Shown: in pieces, positions 38,556 through 54,000 of the stretch
Numbering within the stretch: the first letter of the stretch is position 1
Layout of the letters: each line of letters begins with the position of its first letter
Source of the DNA: Octopus sinensis
Lineage: Eukaryota
Assembly: GCF_006345805.1 (NCBI RefSeq)
Contig: NC_042997.1
Location: 205,096,001 to 205,160,000 of the forward strand
Length of the DNA stretch: 64,000 nt
Direction of reading: 5' to 3'
Translations under genes and position numbers: made by a program
Notes under the pieces: generated by a model
Told to the model about the DNA's origin: nothing
The model's input: only the letters and a program-made list of their open reading frames with translations
Databases searched by the model: none

Positions 38556-39084
38556 CATTACAGGGTCAAAAGCAAACAGTAAGGTCACCTAGTTATTCAT
38601 ATATTTCCAAAAGGATGTGTGATAGAGACACAAAGACTCAGATTCTATTATAGGGGTGTGCGGAATAATGGTGGCCATTCTATCAATAAATAGATAAACG
38701 AATAAGTATATAATAAAATACGTACAATCTGACTATATAAAATATGTTGTCTGTGTGTGTGTGTGTGTATGTGTCCTCTATGCACACTCAAACCTCTGGA
38801 TCAATCTGTACCATATTTGGGGTACATGAATAATTTGACCTTGGAAAGAATAATACGGTCTTGATTTATTTTGTTTATTAAAAATAAATAATATTGCTTT
38901 ATATATAAAGATTCACTTCTTCAAACTGTTTTGTCAATGTCAACTTTCTGTGTTTGGCGTCCGGACGTAATAACTATGTATACATCATTACACTTGGGAC
39001 AATTTCTGATAAAAAATAATTTCTTAAACTACTTTCATATTTTTTCCAGTTTTCTATTTGTGTATTTGTACGTACAGGTTCATT

Positions 39085-39123
<39 letters not shown>

Positions 39124-39421
39124 AAAAACATTTCATACGGAGATAGACACCTTTCCTTTCATTTAATTGTTTGATTGTCAACAGATCTATTTCATATATA
39201 TAAGATATATAGTTATGTGAGTGTGTTTGAGAGAAAAAAAAATTCATATGGAGATAGACGTCATTTTCTCAGTTAATTGAATGAGGTACTCTATATTGCA
39301 CATTGATTCACATTGATTTTCAAATATATGATTTTGATTTTGATTTTGATTTTTCCAGTTTCAGCTCATGAGCTGTGGCCATGCTGGGGCACCGCCATTT
39401 GGTTTGCTACATGATTTTACC

Positions 39422-39853
39422 TCACGAATGCTTTTTAGCAACTGCCATTTGGTGCATGAGAGAGTTCGATGCAGCTGCCCTCATCTGCACCTCCTGTCGT
39501 GAAGTTGGTTCATCCGGGACACCTGACAGGAAGAGATCCAGTCCTAGTTTAAAGACATCCGCATCTACACCATGCAGGTCCCTCAGGTTCTTCGGGAGGA
39601 TATTGAAGAGCTGTGGGCCTCTGAAGCCCAGGCTATCACAGTATCTTGTCCTACATCTTGATGGCAAATTTGGAGTCCTTGGTACTACGCAGTGGCGCCC
39701 GGTTCTGGTATTTGTGTGACTCTCGATGCCAAGGTTTGGGACAAGTCCTTCCAGGATCTTCCAGATATATATTATGGTATATCTTTCCCGCCTACGCTCC
39801 AGGGAATAGAGCTTTAATCTCTTGAGTCTTTCCCAGTAGCTTATATGCTGCAC
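39422..39853 (-). mobile_element. CR1/L2-group LINE 3' fragment
   Basis: SYWERLKRLKLYSLERRRER..GPQLFNILP..FKLGLDLFLSGVPDEP. Confidence 0.8.
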
Positions 39854-40039
39854 AGGATATTTTCGGATATTTTTGGAACAAGTTCTCTTATTGATATTTC
39901 ACATTTAAATTTGATGTGATTATTCTTGGCACAGCTCAACTTATTAACACTGGATATTTCTATTTTCAAATCCAGTGTGAGTAATTATACTTGTACGTTG
40001 ACAACTAACATTACATAGTAGTTGTGACGTCATTTTCCC

Positions 40040-41595
40040 CATTTCTTTACAGAATGCCACCCAAGAAAGGTGCTGCAAAGTGCAAGACAACGGTACGCCT
40101 TAGAGAGTCTGATGAAGAACGAAACCAGAAGCTAGCAAAAAAAAAAACAAAAAACAAAAAAAAAACAAGCGAGGATGGAAACTGCTCGGCAAATGGAATC
40201 TTCAGAGTATAGGCGCAGGAGTGGCTGTGTGGTAAGTAGCTTGCTAACCAACCACATGGTTCCGGGTTCAGTCCCACTGCGTGGAATCTTGGGCAAGTGT
40301 CTTCTGCTATAGCCCCGGGCCGACCAATGCCTTGTGAGTGGATTTGGTAGACGGAAACTGAAAGAAGCCTGTCGTATATATGTATATATATATAAGTGTG
40401 TGTGTATATGTTTGTGTGTCTGTGTTTGTCACCCTAGCATTGCTTGACAACCGATGCTGGTGTGTTGACGTCCCCGTCACTTAGCGGTTCGGCAAAAGAG
40501 ACCGATAAAATAAGTACTGGGCTTACAAAGAATAAGTCCCGGGGTCGATTTGCTCGACTAAAGGCGGTGCTCCAGCATGGCCGCAGTCAAATGACTGAAA
40601 CAAGTAAAAGGAGTAAAAAGAGTAAAGAGCATCGTACCGAAAGGCTTGCCAAAGACAGGGCCATGCATGAAGTTGGCAGAGGACCACCACCATCTTCCTG
40701 TTTTACTGAGCCCCGTGCAGCTTTCTACTATGATCGTTCAAAAAACTACCACAACGATTCAGTAGTATTAATTAGGGACCCATCTGTTTCGTGTACCCAC
40801 TGCGGTGCGAGGAGATTTCCTGCTGACACTTCTGAGATGTGCTACTCCAATGGCAAGGTGACACTACATTTGCTTCAACCTCCTCCACAGCCTCTAAAGG
40901 ATTTATTGGAAGATAATGTACCCAATTCTAGAGGATTCCTAAAATCTAAATGATTCCTGAAATTTTCAAATGAAACGAATGGTATGTGCTGCTCAGGTTG
41001 TCAGGTAACATTGCCAGCACTATACCAGCTCCTTCTCAACCTCTTATGGATCTTCTAGAAGGCATTTCCATCCAGTCAAAGGATTTTCCGAACTATATCA
41101 GACAATAAACTCTGCATTTCAAATGACATCGTTTGGTGCGTCTACGAAGATCGATAAACATGAATTTACGACGAGGTCAAAGTTCAAGGGCAAGTCTATC
41201 ACCTCATTGGTTCCCTGGTACCCACAAATGAACAGTCACAGTTCCTCCAAATTTACTTTATGAGTAACGTAGGACAACAAACCCGAAGGAGGTGTCAACA
41301 TTTCAGGTGATGGGTCGTGTTAGACACATCGCCGACCGCTGTAAAAGAGAGTATATCCACTGACAGCTTTTCAGTGCATTCCAAAATCACATAACTCCCA
41401 CAGGGTAGGGCCTGAAATACTCCAAACGGACGCATAGCATGTTGCTTAGTCGAATTAACCCATCATTTACTCCACAAATGTTTTGTTGTCAATGCTGCAC
41501 TTTCCCATATCACCTGTTTCAACATAACTGTAATATATTATATACAAACTATGCCATTTTAATCACGAGTAAAGCCGGGTATCTCTGGTAGTATA
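40040..41595 (+). mobile_element. Helitron RepHel N-terminal remnant, interrupted by a SINE
   Basis: CTHCGARRF..MCYSNGKVTL..PPPQPLKDLL, SAFQMTSFGA (41111..41140), VQGQVYHLIGSL (from 41182), FLQIYFM. Possible 3' end cacgagtaaagccgggtatctctggtag near 41570-41592. Confidence 0.75.
40212..40622 (+). mobile_element. SINE family 2, near full length
   Basis: ggcgcaggagtggctgtgtggtaag head through to the gaaacaagtaaaaggagtaaaaagagtaaagag tail. Confidence 0.85.
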
Positions 41596-41630
41596 TACAT
41601 ATATATATATATATATATAATAATAATAAA

Positions 41631-41900
41631 TATTAGGGAATAAATCCAAATTTACAGGGAAAAATCAGATTTAGGATTGAATCCAATTTTATAGTAAAAT
41701 ATTATATAATATTAATTAGAGACAAAACCACTATTTTGCAAATCAAACAAGGAAAGACTTAATCAATGCATAAAAAATTTTTTAATATAATATTAATATA
41801 AAGTAAATAAATCGCCACTACAATTGTTTCATGTCTTCAAATGACATTCATCAGGTGGATTTCATATCTAAAAATATCAATATTTTAAAATATAAGTTTA
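41631..41900 (-). mobile_element. Penelope-like pLTR/3' terminal fragment carrying the hammerhead
   Basis: Contains the HHR below and ends in (TA)n near 41630. HHR-bearing pLTRs are an established PLE feature; this assignment is inference. Confidence 0.55.
41815..41858 (-). ncRNA. Minimal type I hammerhead ribozyme
   Basis: Minus strand CCAC-CUGAUGA-AUGUC auuugaa GACAU-GAAA-C AAUU G-UA-GUGG. Full catalytic core, stem I 4 bp, stem II 5 bp, palindromic ACAAUUGU stem III; predicted cut after GUA (between 41819 and 41818). Confidence 0.85.
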
Positions 41901-43121
41901 AAATAATATAAATTTATCAATGAAAAAATATAAATATATATAATCTATATATAATCTATATGTAACCTATATATAATCAATATATAATCTAAAATAACCT
42001 CTATAAACAATTGAATATAAAGAAACCTATTATTAAAGTTCTCATATTTAAAGATGAACAAAAAACCAAAAAAAAAAAAAAAAATAAAAATAAAAATAAA
42101 CTATATATACACACATGCTCATACACATATATCTAATTAAATATAAACATATCTAAAAACTCACACACCCATATATATATATCTATACATACACATAAAC
42201 ATCTAGGCAACAATAAATTAATAAAATAGCCAAATACTTCAACACATTACTTATTCATACTCCCTCACACACACATACAACCCTCATTCATAAACACACT
42301 CACTCTGCATGACAACCACACATCCAGCAGCCGCATATACTCAACCACAACAATATAAACATTTCATTCTTAGCAAGAAACTATCAAATACCATATACCA
42401 CATATATACCACAACAATACATAAATACTTAAAACAAACACACACACACACATATCCAAATACCACATGCATGCAACAAACATACACAAATACGCAAACA
42501 AACACACACACACACACACACATCCACACATACATAAACACTCAAAAGAAAAACAACATATCTACACATAAACAATGCACACCCACACACATTCACACAC
42601 AATCACTCACATACAACCGCACTCCTACCGCCACTCCAACACAGATGGGTAACAAATTCAGCAGATACATACTCTCAGCCACTTACATACAGTAATATTC
42701 ACTACTCAGCAATATACTAATAAAAACCCCCACCACTCAAAAACAAATTTATGAATGTGAATAATAACTTATATTGAGTTATTCTATTAATAAACATAAA
42801 TCATTTAAAAACGGACCTATCTATTTATCAAAGTATGTCTAAATTATTAATAATTAATAACAAAGAAAATACGATATATAGAACACTCCATAAGCAACAA
42901 GATTAACATAAGGAGAAAAAAATACATACCTTCTATTCAATTTTAAGTTATGAAGTGAATTTAAAGTCTAACCGTTATAACGTTTACAAAATTACGTTAC
43001 CATAGAAATAGAACATATTTATAAAAATTCTTTGCGCGTGGTGAACGAACGTTATTTAAAAATTATGACTGGAATAGAATGGAATAATATGTTAATCAAC
43101 GTAAATATACAGAATTTACTA

Positions 43122-43395
43122 CAAAATTCTTTAATAAAACAACCATGATAAACGAAAACAATATATACATATAATGATAAAACCTCCCTTTACCATACAC
43201 AATAACATACCTATATAGCAATCCTCCTAATCTATACATTCACACACAAATACACACACGTAAAACACACACCCACAACATATACATATACCCACTCACA
43301 CATACATATACATACGTACAAAACTCGATATATACACCAATATATTCACACCCACACCCATACAGATAAATAAATAAATATATATACATCCATAA

Positions 43396-43428
<33 letters not shown>

Positions 43429-44440
43429 AATATATATATACACTCACACATATCATCAAATACACATATATATAAAAATATATATAAAAATACACACATT
43501 CACAAAAAAATAAATAAATGAATATTTATTAAATGTATATATGAGTGTGTACACGCAAACAGGTGCAATCTCACGCACAATCAATCATGCCTGTATACAA
43601 GTGCATACACATGCACACACTTTTACATAGCACTCATGCACTCCCGCATCTACACATGCACTTATACACGCGCACACGTGCACACACACCCATGCACATG
43701 CATATTCACGGACACCCTCCTAAACATCCAAATATACGTATAGATGGCTACAAACAAAACCCAAATAAAACTACCATGATCAACATACCAAGCTATAATA
43801 CATGGGGACTAAATTTACTAAAAATTCTTTAATAAAACAATCATGATAAACGAAATCCATACATACAAATATAAAGATAAAACCCCTTTACCAAATACAC
43901 AATACACACAAATACACACACATATTTACACACACCCACAAACATAAACATATACACACTCACACATACATATACATACGTACAATACTCGATATATACA
44001 CCAATATATTCACTCCCACACCCATATAGATTAATAAATAAATACATATACAAACATAAATATATATATATATATAAAATATATATATATATACATTCAC
44101 ACATATCATCACATACACATATATATAAAATACACACTTTCAAAATAGTAAATAAATAAATAAATATTTAATATATGTATATATGAGTGTGTACACGCAG
44201 ACGGGTGCAATCTCACGCACATTCAAACATGCATGTATACAAGTGCATAAATAATCCCACTCAATTACATAGCACTCATGCACTCCCGCATCTACACTTG
44301 CACTTGTACACGCGCACACATGCATACACACCCATACATACATATTCACGGACACCCTCCTAAATATCTATATAAACGTATATATTGCTACAAACAATAC
44401 CCAAAATAAAACTGCCATGATCACCATACCAAATATAATA
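43122..44440. repeat. Diverged tandem duplication of a ~650-700-bp CA/TA-rich unit (third partial copy near 44960)
   Basis: aaaattctttaataaaacaa at 43122 and 43821; gtgcaatctcacgcac at ~43563 and ~44205; (a/t)actcgatatatacacca three times. Confidence 0.75.
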
Positions 44441-45094
44441 CAAGGAGATTGGAAACATTCACAATATATAGGGAACAACCATCCAAAACACCCCTAAACA
44501 CCTAGTAGCTCCCATTCATCCAAAACAACCCATAACAAGTTATACACATAAATTAATATTATATTATATAAATTAATAAATTAATGTAAATAAACAAATC
44601 TAACTACTTACATACACAAACAAACCTATATAGCATTACCCCACCCTATAAACTATTTCCCACAACCTCACGTCTCAACTAAAACTAATATGCAAACAAA
44701 CCCATTCCGCATATATAAAAACCACAACACTTATACAATATAATAAAATACCAAATTCACATCTGCACATATACAAATATACACATATACACATACACAT
44801 ACACATACACAAATACGTATATACACACTCACACAACTACATACAAATACATATACATACACAAATACACATATATACTCACATACTTATATACACACAC
44901 ATATGTACACACACCTACAACACACACTTATACATACTTATACATACTAAACATACATACAATACTCGATATATACACCACTAAAAACACGCCCATATCA
45001 TCCATAAATAATATATATCCACATATATACATATAACATATATATATATAATAAAATAAATAAATAAATAAGTAAATAAAATAAAATAAATCTA

Positions 45095-48000
45095 ATATAA
45101 ATAAAGTTTTAACTTACCAGACTCAATATTTCATATAAATAAAGTTTTAACTTACCAGACTCAATATTCCATATAAATAAAGTTTTAACTTACCAGACTC
45201 AATATTCCATATAAATAAAGTTTTAACTTACCAGACTCAATATTTCATATAAATAAAGTTTTAACTTACCAGACTCAATATTTCATATAAATAAAGTTTT
45301 AACTTACCAGACTCAATATTCCATATAAATAAAGTTATAACTTACCAGACTCAATATTCCATATAAATAAAGTTTTAACTTACCAGACTCAATATTCCAT
45401 ATAAATAAAGTTTTAACTTACCAGACTCAATATTCCATATAAATAAAGTTTTAACTTACCAGACTCAATATTCCATATAAATAAAGTTTTAACTTACCAG
45501 ACTCAACATTCCATATAAATAAAGTTTTAACTTACCAGACTCAACATTCAATATAAAAAAAGGTTTAACTTACCAGACTCAACATTCAATATAAAAAAAG
45601 GTTTAACTTACCAGACTCAACATTCCATATAAATAAAGTTTTAACTTACCAGATTCAATATTCCATATAAATAAAGTTTTAACTTACCAGACTCAATATT
45701 TCATATAAATAAAGTTTTAACTTACCAGACTCAATATTCCATATAAATAATGTTTTAACTTACCAGACTCAATATTCCATATAAATAAAGTTTCAACTTA
45801 CCAGACTCAATATTTCATATAAATAAAGTTTTAACTTACCAGACTCAATATACCATATAAATAATGTTTTAACTTACCAGACTCAATATGCCATATAAAT
45901 AAAGTTTTAACTTACCAGATTCAATATTCCATATAAATAAAGTTTTAACTTACCAGACTCAATATTTCATATAAATAAAGTTTTAACTTACCAGACTCAA
46001 TATTCCATATAAATAAAGTTTTAACTTACCAGACTCAATATTCCATATAAATAAAGTTTTAACTTACCAGATTCAATGTTCCATATAAATAAAGTTTTAA
46101 CTTAACAGACTCAATATTCCATATAAATAAAGTTTTAACTCACCAGACTCAATATTCCATATAAATAAAGTATTAACTTACCAGACTCAATATTCCATAT
46201 AAATAAAGTTTTAACTTACCAGACTCAATATTCCATATAAATAAAGTTTTAACTTACCAGACTCAATATTCCACATAAATAAAGTTTTAACTTACCAGAC
46301 TCAATATTTCACATAAATAAAGTTTTAACTTACCAGACTCAATATTCCATATAAATAAAGTTTTAACTTACCAGACTCAATATTCCATATAAATAAAGTT
46401 TTAACTTACCAGACTCAATATTCCATATAAATAAAGTTTTAACTTACCAGACTCAATATTTCATATAAATAAAGTTTTAACTTACCAGACTCAATATTCC
46501 ATATAAATAAAGTTTTAACTTACCAGACTCAATATTCCATATAAATAAAGTTTTAACTTACCAGACTCAATATTTCATATAAATAAAGTTTTAACTTACC
46601 AGACTCAATATTCCATATAAATAAAGTTTTAATTTACCAGACTCAATATTTCATATAAATAAAGTTTTAACTTACCAGACTCAATATTCCATATAAATAA
46701 AGTTTTAACTTACCAGACTCAATATTCCATATAAATAAAGTTTTAACTTACCAGACTCAATATTCCATATAAATAAAGTTTTAACCTACCAGACTCAATA
46801 TTCCACATAAATAAAGTTTTAACTTACCAGACTCAATATTCCATATAAATAAAGTTTTAACTTACCAGACTCAATATTCCATATAAATAAAGTTTTAACT
46901 TACCAGACTCAATATTCCATATAAATAAAGTTTTAACTTACCAGACTCAATATTCCATATAAGTAAAGTTTTAACTTACCAGACTCAATATTCCATATAA
47001 ATAAAGTTTTAACTTACCAGACTCAATATTCCATATAAATAAAGTTTTAACTTACCAGACTCAATATTCCATATAATAAAGTTTTAACTTACCAGACTCA
47101 ATATTCCATATAAATAAAGTTTTAACTTACCAGACTCAATATTTCATATAAATAAAGTTTTAACTTACCAGACTCAATATTCCATATAAATAAAGTTTTA
47201 ACTTACCAGACTCAATATTCCACATAAATAAAGTTTTAACTTACCAGACTCAATATTTCACATAAATAAAGTTTTAACTTACCAGACTCAATATTCCACA
47301 TAAATAAAGTTTTAACTTACCAGACTCAATATTCCACATAAATAAAGTTTTAACGTACCAGACTCAATATTCCATATCAATAAAGTTTTAACTTACCAGA
47401 CTCAATATTCCACATAAATAAAGTTTTAACTTACCAGACTCAATATTCCACATAAATAAAGTTTTAACTTACCAGACTCAATATTCCACATAAATAAAGT
47501 TTTAACTTACCAGACTCAATATTCCATATAAATAAAGTTTTAACTTACCAGACTCAATATTTCATATAAATAAAGTTTTAACTCACCAGACTCAATATTC
47601 CATATAAATAAAGTTTTAACTTACCAGACTCAATATTCCATATAAATAAAGTTTTAACTTACCAGACTCAATATTTCATATAAATAAAGTTTTAACTTAC
47701 CAGACTCAATATTCCATATAAATAAAGTTTTAACTTACCAGACTCATATTCCATATAAATAAAGTTTTAACTTACCAGACTCAATATTTCATATAAATAA
47801 AGTTTTAACTTACCAGACTCAATATTCCATATAAATAAAGTTTTAACTTACCAGACTCAATATTTCATATAAATAAAGTTTTAACTTACCAGACTCAATA
47901 TTCCATATAAATAAAGTTTTAACTTACCAGACTCAATATTCCATATAAATAAAGTTTTAACTTACCAGACTCAATATTCCATATAAATAAAGTTTTAACT

Positions 48001-51000
48001 TACCAGACTCAATATTCCATATAAATAAAGTTTTAACTTACCAGACTCAATATTCCATATAAATAAAGTTTTAACTTACCAGACTCAATATTCCATATAA
48101 ATAAAGTTTTAACTTACCAGACTCAATATTCCATATAAATAAAGTTTTAACTTACCAGACTCAATATTCCATATAAATAAAGTTTTAACTTACCAGACTC
48201 AATATTCCATATAAATAAAGTTTTAACTTACCAGACTCAATATTCCATATAAATAAAGTTTTAACTTACCAGACTCAATATTCCATATAAAAAAGTTTTA
48301 ACTTACCAGACTCAATATTTCATATAAATAAAGTTTAACTTACCAGACTCAATATTCCATATAAATAAAGTTTTAACTTACCAGACTCAATATTGCATAT
48401 AAATAAAGTTTTAACTTACCAGACTCAATATTCCATATAAATAAAGTTTTAACTTACCAGACTCAATATTCCATATAAATAAAGTTTTAACTTACCAGAC
48501 TCAATATTCCATATAAATAAAGTTTTAACTTACCAGACTCAATATTCCATATAAATAAGGTTTTAACTTACCAGACTCAATATTCCATATAAATAAAGTT
48601 TTAACTTACCAGACTCAATATTCCATATAAATAAAGTTTTAACTTACCAGACTCAATATTCCACATAAATAAAGTTTTAACTTACCAGACTCAATATTCC
48701 ACATAAATAAAGTTTTAACTTACCAGACTCAATATTCCACATAAATAAAGTTTTAACTTACCAGACTCAATATTCCACATAAATAAAGTTTTAACTTACC
48801 AGACTCAATATTCCACATAAATAAAGTTTTAACTTACCAGACTCAATATTCCACATAAATAAAGTTTTAACTTACCAGACTCAATATTCCATATCAATAA
48901 AGTTTTAACTTACCAGACTCAATATTCCACATAAATAAAGTTTTAACTTACCAGACTCAATATTCCACATACATAAAGTTTTAACTTACCAGACTCAATA
49001 TTCCACATAAATAAAGTTTTAACTTACCAGACTCAATATTCCATATAAATAAAGTTTTAACTCACCAGACTCAATATTTCATATAAATAAAGTTTTAACT
49101 CACCAGACTCAATATTCCATATAAATAAAGTTTTAACTTACCAGACTCAATATTCCATATAAATAAAGTTTTAACTTACCAGACTCAATATTTCATATAA
49201 ATAAAGTTTTAACTTACCAGACTCAATATTCCATATAAATAAAGTTTTAACTTACCAGACTCAATATTCCATATAAATAAAGTTTTAACTTACCAGACTC
49301 AATATTTCATATAAATAAAGTTTTAACTTACCAGACTCAATATTCCATAAATAAAGTTTTAACTTACCAGACTCAATATTCCATATAAATAAAGTTTTAA
49401 CTTACCAGACTCAATATTCCATATAAATAAAGTTTTAACTTACCAGACTCAATATTTCATATAAATAAAGTTTTAACTTACCAGACTCAATATTCCATAT
49501 AAATAAAGTTTTAACTTACCAGACTCAATATTCCATATAAATAAAGTTTTAACTTAACAGACTCAATATTTCATATAAATAAAGTTTTAACTCACCAGAC
49601 TCAATATTCCATATAAATAAAGTTTTAACTTACCAGACTCAAAATTCCATATAAATAAAGTTTTAACTTACCAGACTCAATATTCCATATAAATAAAGTT
49701 TTAACTTACCAGACTCAATATTTCATATAAATAAAGTTTTAACTTACCAGACTCAATATTCCATATAAATAAAGTTTTAACTTACCAGACTCAATATTCC
49801 ATATAAATAAAGTTTTAACTTACCAGACTCAATATTCCATATAAATAAAGTTTTAACTTACCAGACTCAATATTCCATATAAATAAAGTTTTAACTTACC
49901 AGACTCAATATTCCATAGAAATAAAGTTTTAACTTACCAGACTCAATCTTTCATATAAATAAAGTTTTAACTTACCAGACTCAATATTCCATATAAATAA
50001 AGTTTTAACTTACCAGACTCAATATTCCATATAAATAAAGTTTTAACTTACCAGACTCAATATTCCACATAAATAAAGTTTTAACTTACCAGACTCAATA
50101 TTCCACATAAATAAAGTTTTAACTTACCAGACTCAATATTCCACATAAATAAAGTTTTAACTTACCAGACTCAATATTCCACATGAATAAAGTTTTAACT
50201 TACCAGACTCAATATTCCACATAAATAAAGTTTTAACTTACCAGACTCAATATTCCACATAAATAAAGTTTTAACGTACCAGACTCAATATTCCATATCA
50301 ATAAAGTTTTAACTTACCAGACTCAATATTCCACATAAATAAAGTTTTAACTTACCAGACTCAATATTCCACATACATAAAGTTTTAACTTACCAGACTC
50401 AATATTCCACATAAATAAAGTTTTAACTTACCAGACTCAATATTCCATATAAATAAAGTTTTAACTCACCAGACTCAATATTTCATATAAATAAAGTTTT
50501 AACTCACCAGACTCAATATTCCATATAAATAAAGTTTTAACTTACCAGACTCAATATTCCATATAAATAAAGTTTTAACTTACCAGACTCAATATTCCAT
50601 ATAAATAAAGTTTTAACTTACCAGACTCAATATTTCATATAAATAAAGTTTTAACTTACCAGACTCAATATTCCATATAAATAAAGTTTTAACTTACCAG
50701 ACTCAATATTCCATATAAATAAAGTTTTAACTTACCAGACTCAATATTTCATATAAATAAAGTTTTAACTCACCAGACTCAATATTCCATATAAATAAAG
50801 TTTTAACTTACCAGACTCAATATTCCATATAAATAAAGTTTTAACTTACCAGACTCAATATTCCATATAAATAAAGTTTTAACTTACCAGACTCAATATA
50901 TTCCATATAAATAAAGTTTTAACTTACCAGACTCAATATTCCATATAAAAATAAAGTTTTAACTTACCAGACTCAATATTCCATATAAATAAAGTTTTAA

Positions 51001-54000
51001 CTTACCAGACTCAATATTCCATATAAATAAAGTTTTAACTTACCAGACTCAATATTCCATAAACTAAAGTTTTAACTTACCAGACTCAATATTCCATATA
51101 AATAAAGTTTTAACTTACCAGACTCAATCTTTCATATAATAAAGTTTTAACTTACCAGACTCAATATTCCATATAAATAAAGTTTTAACTTACCAGACTC
51201 AATATTCCATATAAATAAAGTTTTAACTTACCAGACTCAAAATTCCATATAAATAAAGTTTTAACTTACCAGACTCAATATTCCATATAAATAAAGTTTT
51301 AACTTACCCGACTCAATATTCCATATAAATAAGTTTTAACTTACCAGACTCAATATTCCATATAAATAAAGTTTTAACTTACCAGACTCAATATTCCATA
51401 TAAATAAAGTTTTAACTTACCAGACTCAATATTCCATATAAATAAAGTTTTAACTTACCAGACTCAATATTCCATATAAATAAAGTTTTAACTTACCAGA
51501 CTCAAAATTCCATATAAATAAAGTTTTAACTTACCAGACTCAATATTCCATATAAATAAGTTTTAACTTACCAGACTCAATATTCCATATAAATAAAGTT
51601 TTAACTTACCAGACTCAATATTCCATATAAATAAAGTTTTAACTTACCAGACTCAATATTCCATATAAATAAAGTTTTAACTTACCAGACTCAATATTCC
51701 ATATAAATAAAGTTTTAACTTACCAGACTCAATATTCATATAAATAAAGTTTTAACTTACCAGACTCAATATTCCATATAAATAAAGTTTTAACTTACCA
51801 GACTCAATATTCCATATAAATAAAGTTTTAACTTACCAGACTCAATATTCCATATAAATAAAGTTTTAACTTACCAGACTCAATATTCCATATAAATAAA
51901 GTTTTAACTTACCAGACTCAATATTCCATATAAAAAAGTTTTAACTTACCAGACTCAATATTCCATATAATAAAGTTTTAACTTACCAGACTCAATATTC
52001 CATATAAATAAAGTTTTAACTTACCAGACTCAATATTCCATATAAATAAAGTATTAACTTACCAGACTCAATATTCCATATCAATAAAGTTTTAACTTAC
52101 CAGACTCAATATTCCATATAAATAAAGTTTTAACTTACCAGGCTCAATATTTCATATAAATAAAGTTTTAACTTACCAGACTCAATATTTCATATAAATA
52201 AAGTTTTAACTTACCAGACTCAATATTCCATATAAATAAAGTTTTAACTTACCAGACTCAATATTCCATATAAATAAAGTTTTAACTTACCAGACTCAAT
52301 ATTCCATATAAATAAAGTTTTAACTTAGCAGACTGAATATTCCATATAAATAAAGTTTTAACTTACCAGACTCAATATTCCATATAAATAAAGTTTTAAC
52401 TTACCAGACTCAATATTCCACATAAATAAAATTTTAACTTACCAGACTCAATATTTCACATAAATAAAGTTTTAACTTACCAGACTCAATATTCCACATA
52501 AATAAAGTTTTAACTTACCAGACTCAATATTCCATATAAATAAAGTTTTAACTTACCAGACTCAATATTTCATATAAATAAAGTTTTAACTTACCAGACT
52601 CAATATTCCATATAAATAAAGTTTTAACTTACCAGACTCAATATTCCATATAAATAAAGTTTTAACTTACCAGACTCAATATTCCATATAAATAAAGTTT
52701 TAACTTACCAGACTCAATATTTCATATAAATAAAGTTTTAACTTACCAGACTCAATATTCCATATAAATAAAGTTTTAACTTACCAGACTCAATATTCCA
52801 TATAAATAAAGTTTTAACTTACCAGACTCAATATTTCATATAAATAAAGTTTTAACTTACCAGACTCAATATTCCATATAAATAAAGTTTTAACTTACCA
52901 GACTCAATATTCCATATAAATAAAGTTTTAACTTACCAGACTCAATATTCCATATAAATAAAGTTTTAACTTACCAGACTCAATATTCCATATAAATAAA
53001 GTTTTAACTTACCAGACTCAATATTCCATATAAATAAAGTTTTAACTTACCAGACTCAATATTCCATATAAATAAAGTTTTAACTTACCAGACTCAAATT
53101 CCATATAAATAAAGTTTTAACTTACCAGACTCAATATTCCATATAATAAAGTTTTAACTTACCAGACTCAATATTCCATATAAATAAAGTTTTAACTTAC
53201 CAGACTCAATATTTCATATAAATAAAGTTTTAACTTACCAGATCAATATTCCATATAAATAAAGTTTTAACTTACCAGACTCAATATTCCATATAAATAA
53301 AGTTTTAACTTACCAGACTCAATATTCCATATAAATAAAGTTTTAACTTACCAGACTCAATATTCCATATAAATAAAGTTTTAACTTACCAGACTCAATA
53401 TTCCATATAAATAAAGTTTTAACTTACCAGACTCAATATTCCATATAAATAAAGTTTTAACTTACCAGACTCAATATTTCATATAAATAAAGTTTTAACT
53501 TACCAGACTCAATATTCCATATAAATAAAGTTTTAACTTACCAGACTCAATATTCCATATAAATAAAGTTTTAACTTACCAGACTCAATATTCCATATAA
53601 ATAAAGTTTTAACTTACCAGACTCAATATTCCATATAAATAAAGTTTTAACTTACCAGACTCAATATTCCATATAAATAAGGTTTTAACTTACCAGACTC
53701 AATATTCCATATAATTAAAGTTTTAACTTACCAGACTCAATATTCCATATAAATAAAGTTTTAACTTACCAGACTCAATATTCCATATAAATAAAGTATT
53801 AACTTACCAGACTCAATATTCCATATCAATAAAGTTTTAACTTACCAGACTCAATATTCCATATAAATAAAGTTTTAACTTACCAGGCTCAATTTCATAT
53901 AAATAAAGTTTTAACTTACCAGACTCAATATTTCATATAAATAAAGTTTTAACTTACCAGACTCAATATTCATATAAATAAAGTTTTAACTTACCAGACT

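Noticed and set aside
40109-40130. CTGATGA..GAAAC as a hammerhead
   Set aside because: No stem II can form, and the sequence is explained as Helitron-associated coding (ESDEERNQ).
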